A DNA stretch of 26,046 bases from an uncultured bacterium. GTDB taxonomy: Bacteria; Patescibacteriota; Patescibacteriia; 2-12-FULL-60-25. The translations under genes and the position numbers were made by a program. The notes below the pieces were generated by a model. That model searched no databases, was not told where the DNA came from, and saw only the letters and a list, made by a program, of their open reading frames with translations. This document shows positions 23,820 through 26,046 of the stretch, piece by piece. The stretch covers positions 1-26,046 of the forward strand of contig CBDULO010000001.1 of assembly GCA_965368095.1 (NCBI GenBank). Reading direction: 5' to 3'. The stretch's first letter is position 1; the number at the start of each line of letters is the position of its first letter.

Positions 23820-25499
23820 TTACGATTTGGTTACACGAATAATTTCACTCATGGTTGTCTGGCCTTGAAATACTTTCTCCACTCCATCTTCAAGCATGGT
23901 ACGCATCCCTTGATCTCTCGCCGCCTGACGAATGACATCTGAACTCGTATTCTTCACAATCAATGGTCGAATCTTTTCTGTCACCTCCAGCACCTCAAAT
24001 AACCCCATACGCCCTACATATCCCGTATGACTGCATACCGTGCACCCTTTTCCTTTATATAAGCGAATATGTCTTGGATCTTTTTTTCCTGATACACGCT
24101 TCACGACCTCCGCGAGTCCCGAGTCCTTGCTAATCACCAGCAGCTCTTCCTTATCCGGCGCATAACTCACGACACAATGACTGCAAATTTTTCGTACAAG
24201 ACGTTGCGCGATGATGACATTCACCGAACTCGCGATCAAAAACGGCTCCACCTCCATTTCGTATAAACGAGGGAATGTAGCCGCGGTATCATTCGCGTGA
24301 ATGGTTGAAAGAAGCAAATGGCCGGTCAGCGACGCATTAATGGCGATCGTCGCGGTTTGCGGATCACGAATTTCACCCACCATAATAATATCGGGATCCT
24401 GACGCACAATAGAACGAAGCCCTGCCTCAAATGTGAGATTTGTTCGATTATTTACCTGAATCTGGCGCACGCCGCGAATATCATATTCAACCGGATCTTC
24501 AATCGTCATCACATTCACATCCGGCTGATTCAAAATCACCATAATCGCGTAAAGCGAAGTGGTCTTACCCGAACCGGTCGGCCCGGAAGAAAGAATCATG
24601 CCATGCGGAAGACTCGCCGCATGCTTCACTTTTTGCAAGTCATCGCTTTGAAGACCTAGATCTTCCAGGCGCAAGCGCTGAAACCCCTCGGAGAGCAAAC
24701 GCATCACGACATTCTCCCCATGCGTCACCGGCAAAATGGAAACACGGAAGTTAATATCATTGCCCTCCATGGAAATTTCGAAACGGCCATCTTGCGCCTG
24801 CGCATGCTCATCCGTTCTCAATCGTGAAAGAATTTTTACGCGAAATACCACCTTGTCATGATATTCAATCGGATAATGCATGACATCATGCATGCGCCCG
24901 TCAATACGAAAACGGACGATCACCTCATTTTTTTCAGGCTCAATATGAATATCAGACGCGCGCTTTTCATATGCCGCCTCAAGCATCAAACGGACCATTT
25001 TCACGACATCCTCATCACGCTCTCGCTCCTTCATGGTTTTAAGAAGCGCTTTAATCTGCTCAATTAAATCCCGCTGATATTTTTTGAGCGCGACCTGCAC
25101 GCCAATCGAACTCGCATAATCCACTTGCACCGGTTTTTGCAAAAGCTTCTCAACCAATTTAAAAAATTCGTAATTATCCAAAAGCGGCGTGGCAATCCTC
25201 ACAAGATCTTTTTCCTGTTTATAGACAATCGCCTCCTGTTCTTTCGCGACACGCTCAGGCAAAGTCGTGAGCAAATCAACGTCCACCGGCTCTTTTGTGA
25301 GATCGACATAAAAATATCCAAGCTCCTCTGCCAGCAGCTGCCCGACCTGGGTGTCGGACATATACCCAAGCTCCGTAATTGCTTGGGGGATCGTCCAACT
25401 ATGCCGCTCGCTTTGATCTTTGGCGGTATCAAACTCCTGAGAACTTAAAAAGTCTCCTTCCACTAAAAGCGCGCGAAGCCGTTCCTCCTTAAGATGCAT
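23820..25499 (-). CDS. pilB: type IV pilus assembly ATPase PilB/GspE
   Basis: ASDIHIEP, Walker A GPTGSGKTT, EDPVE, RQDPDIIMVGEIRD, GHLLLSTIHAN, tetracysteine CSHC/CTVC. Confidence 0.97.
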   Translation of the reverse strand: MHLKEERLRALLVEGDFLSSQEFDTAKDQSERHSWTIPQAITELGYMSDTQVGQLLAEELGYFYVDLTKEPVDVDLLTTLPERVAKEQEAIVYKQEKDLVRIATPLLDNYEFFKLVEKLLQKPVQVDYASSIGVQVALKKYQRDLIEQIKALLKTMKERERDEDVVKMVRLMLEAAYEKRASDIHIEPEKNEVIVRFRIDGRMHDVMHYPIEYHDKVVFRVKILSRLRTDEHAQAQDGRFEISMEGNDINFRVSILPVTHGENVVMRLLSEGFQRLRLEDLGLQSDDLQKVKHAASLPHGMILSSGPTGSGKTTSLYAIMVILNQPDVNVMTIEDPVEYDIRGVRQIQVNNRTNLTFEAGLRSIVRQDPDIIMVGEIRDPQTATIAINASLTGHLLLSTIHANDTAATFPRLYEMEVEPFLIASSVNVIIAQRLVRKICSHCVVSYAPDKEELLVISKDSGLAEVVKRVSGKKDPRHIRLYKGKGCTVCSHTGYVGRMGLFEVLEVTEKIRPLIVKNTSSDVIRQAARDQGMRTMLEDGVEKVFQGQTTMSEIIRVTKS

Positions 25500-25500
25500 G

Positions 25501-25878
25501 TTATGAATGCTTTTTGATGAGATCTACAATTTGAGCAAGTGAATAATCCGCCTTCACAATATAATCCTTCGCACCAAGTTTCAAACCGCGCTTCCGATCA
25601 TCTTCTTGTCCAAGATTCGTCAGAATCAATACAGGGATTTTTTTCCACTCTTTATGCTTTTGCATTTCCTCCAATACATCAAACCCGTCCATGCGAGGCA
25701 TGATCAAATCCAAGAGAATAATATCAGGCTTCTCTGCTTCAATTTTTGCAATCCCCTCCTCGCCGTCATGGGCGACGCTCACCGAAAAACCCTCTCCCTT
25801 GAGCTTTGCTTCATACGCCTTTACGAGAAAACGGTCATCTTCAATGACGAGCACCTTCTTTCCTTCTTTTTTTGCCAT
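25501..25878 (-). CDS. single-domain response regulator (CheY/PilH-like receiver, 125 aa)
   Basis: VLVIEDD, LLDLIMP (phospho-Asp), LTN, YIVKA. Start moved to ATG 25878. Confidence 0.92.
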   Translation of the reverse strand: MAKKEGKKVLVIEDDRFLVKAYEAKLKGEGFSVSVAHDGEEGIAKIEAEKPDIILLDLIMPRMDGFDVLEEMQKHKEWKKIPVLILTNLGQEDDRKRGLKLGAKDYIVKADYSLAQIVDLIKKHS

Positions 25879-25948
25879 ACGCAAAGAATAATAACGAATC
25901 AACACGCCCCTGACAATGGGGCCATGCGAAAAATCAATTCTAAAATTT

Positions 25949-25975
25949 AAAACAAAATACCGGCGCTAGCCGGCA
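25949..25975 (-). terminator. intrinsic terminator downstream of the tRNA 3' end
   Basis: Minus strand TGCCGGC-TAGC-GCCGGTA-TTTTGTTTT. Confidence 0.7.
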
Positions 25976-25983
25976 CTCTGTCT

Positions 25984-26003
25984 TGGCGGAGGGAGTGGGA
26001 TTC
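25984..26003 (-). tRNA. 3' part of a tRNA, probably tRNA-Ser, interrupted in the T-loop (5' part outside the window)
   Basis: Minus strand GAAT-CCCAC-TCCCTCC-G-CCA corresponds to positions 57-76 with G73 and the complement of a G1-G2-A3 acceptor stem. The bases 5' of it are GGAGGAG rather than GTGGGTTC. Confidence 0.7.
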
Positions 26004-26046
26004 CTCCTCCCCCAATCCTCGCATCCGCAAGCGATCCCCGCTCGGA

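Noticed and set aside
1-26046. CRISPR arrays, transposases, integrases, DGR template/variable repeats, rRNA
   Set aside because: No repeat-spacer periodicity, no recognisable catalytic motifs and no long near-identical repeat pairs were seen by eye.

Overview
Bacterial chromosomal window, most likely from a Patescibacteria/CPR genome (Uhrbacteria-like Parcubacteria). The taxon is inferred from the gene set, the mostly Shine-Dalgarno-less AT-rich starts, a GTGC lipobox protein and a CPR-type surface domain. Core content: a DM13 lipoprotein, a Cys-repeat surface protein, rpsF-ssb-rpsR followed by epmA-efp, a Trm11/UPF0020-type RNA methyltransferase, a translationally coupled Fe-S assembly operon (Rrf2/IscR, cysteine desulfurase, NifU, Nfu domain, ferredoxin), dsbB, and a type IV pilus operon (response regulator, pilB, pilC, four minor pilin-like genes, pilM, pilin). 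Three GC-richer orphan blocks are interleaved (about 1-1695, 7480-12050 and 13340-14430). Best leads: (1) a tRNA-Ser 3' end broken exactly in the T-loop at the right edge; (2) a ~187-nt rod-shaped RNA with its own sigma70 promoter in front of rpsF; (3) two tandem paralogous signal peptide/LysM-like/TM/coiled-coil proteins with a FimV/HubP-like layout; (4) a strongly base-paired ~260-nt transcript at the left edge; (5) a stand-alone P1B-ATPase nucleotide-binding domain coupled to dsbB; (6) a split NifU whose BFD-like domain has lost three of four Cys ligands. All family assignments come from motif recognition by eye; no searches or folding programs were run.
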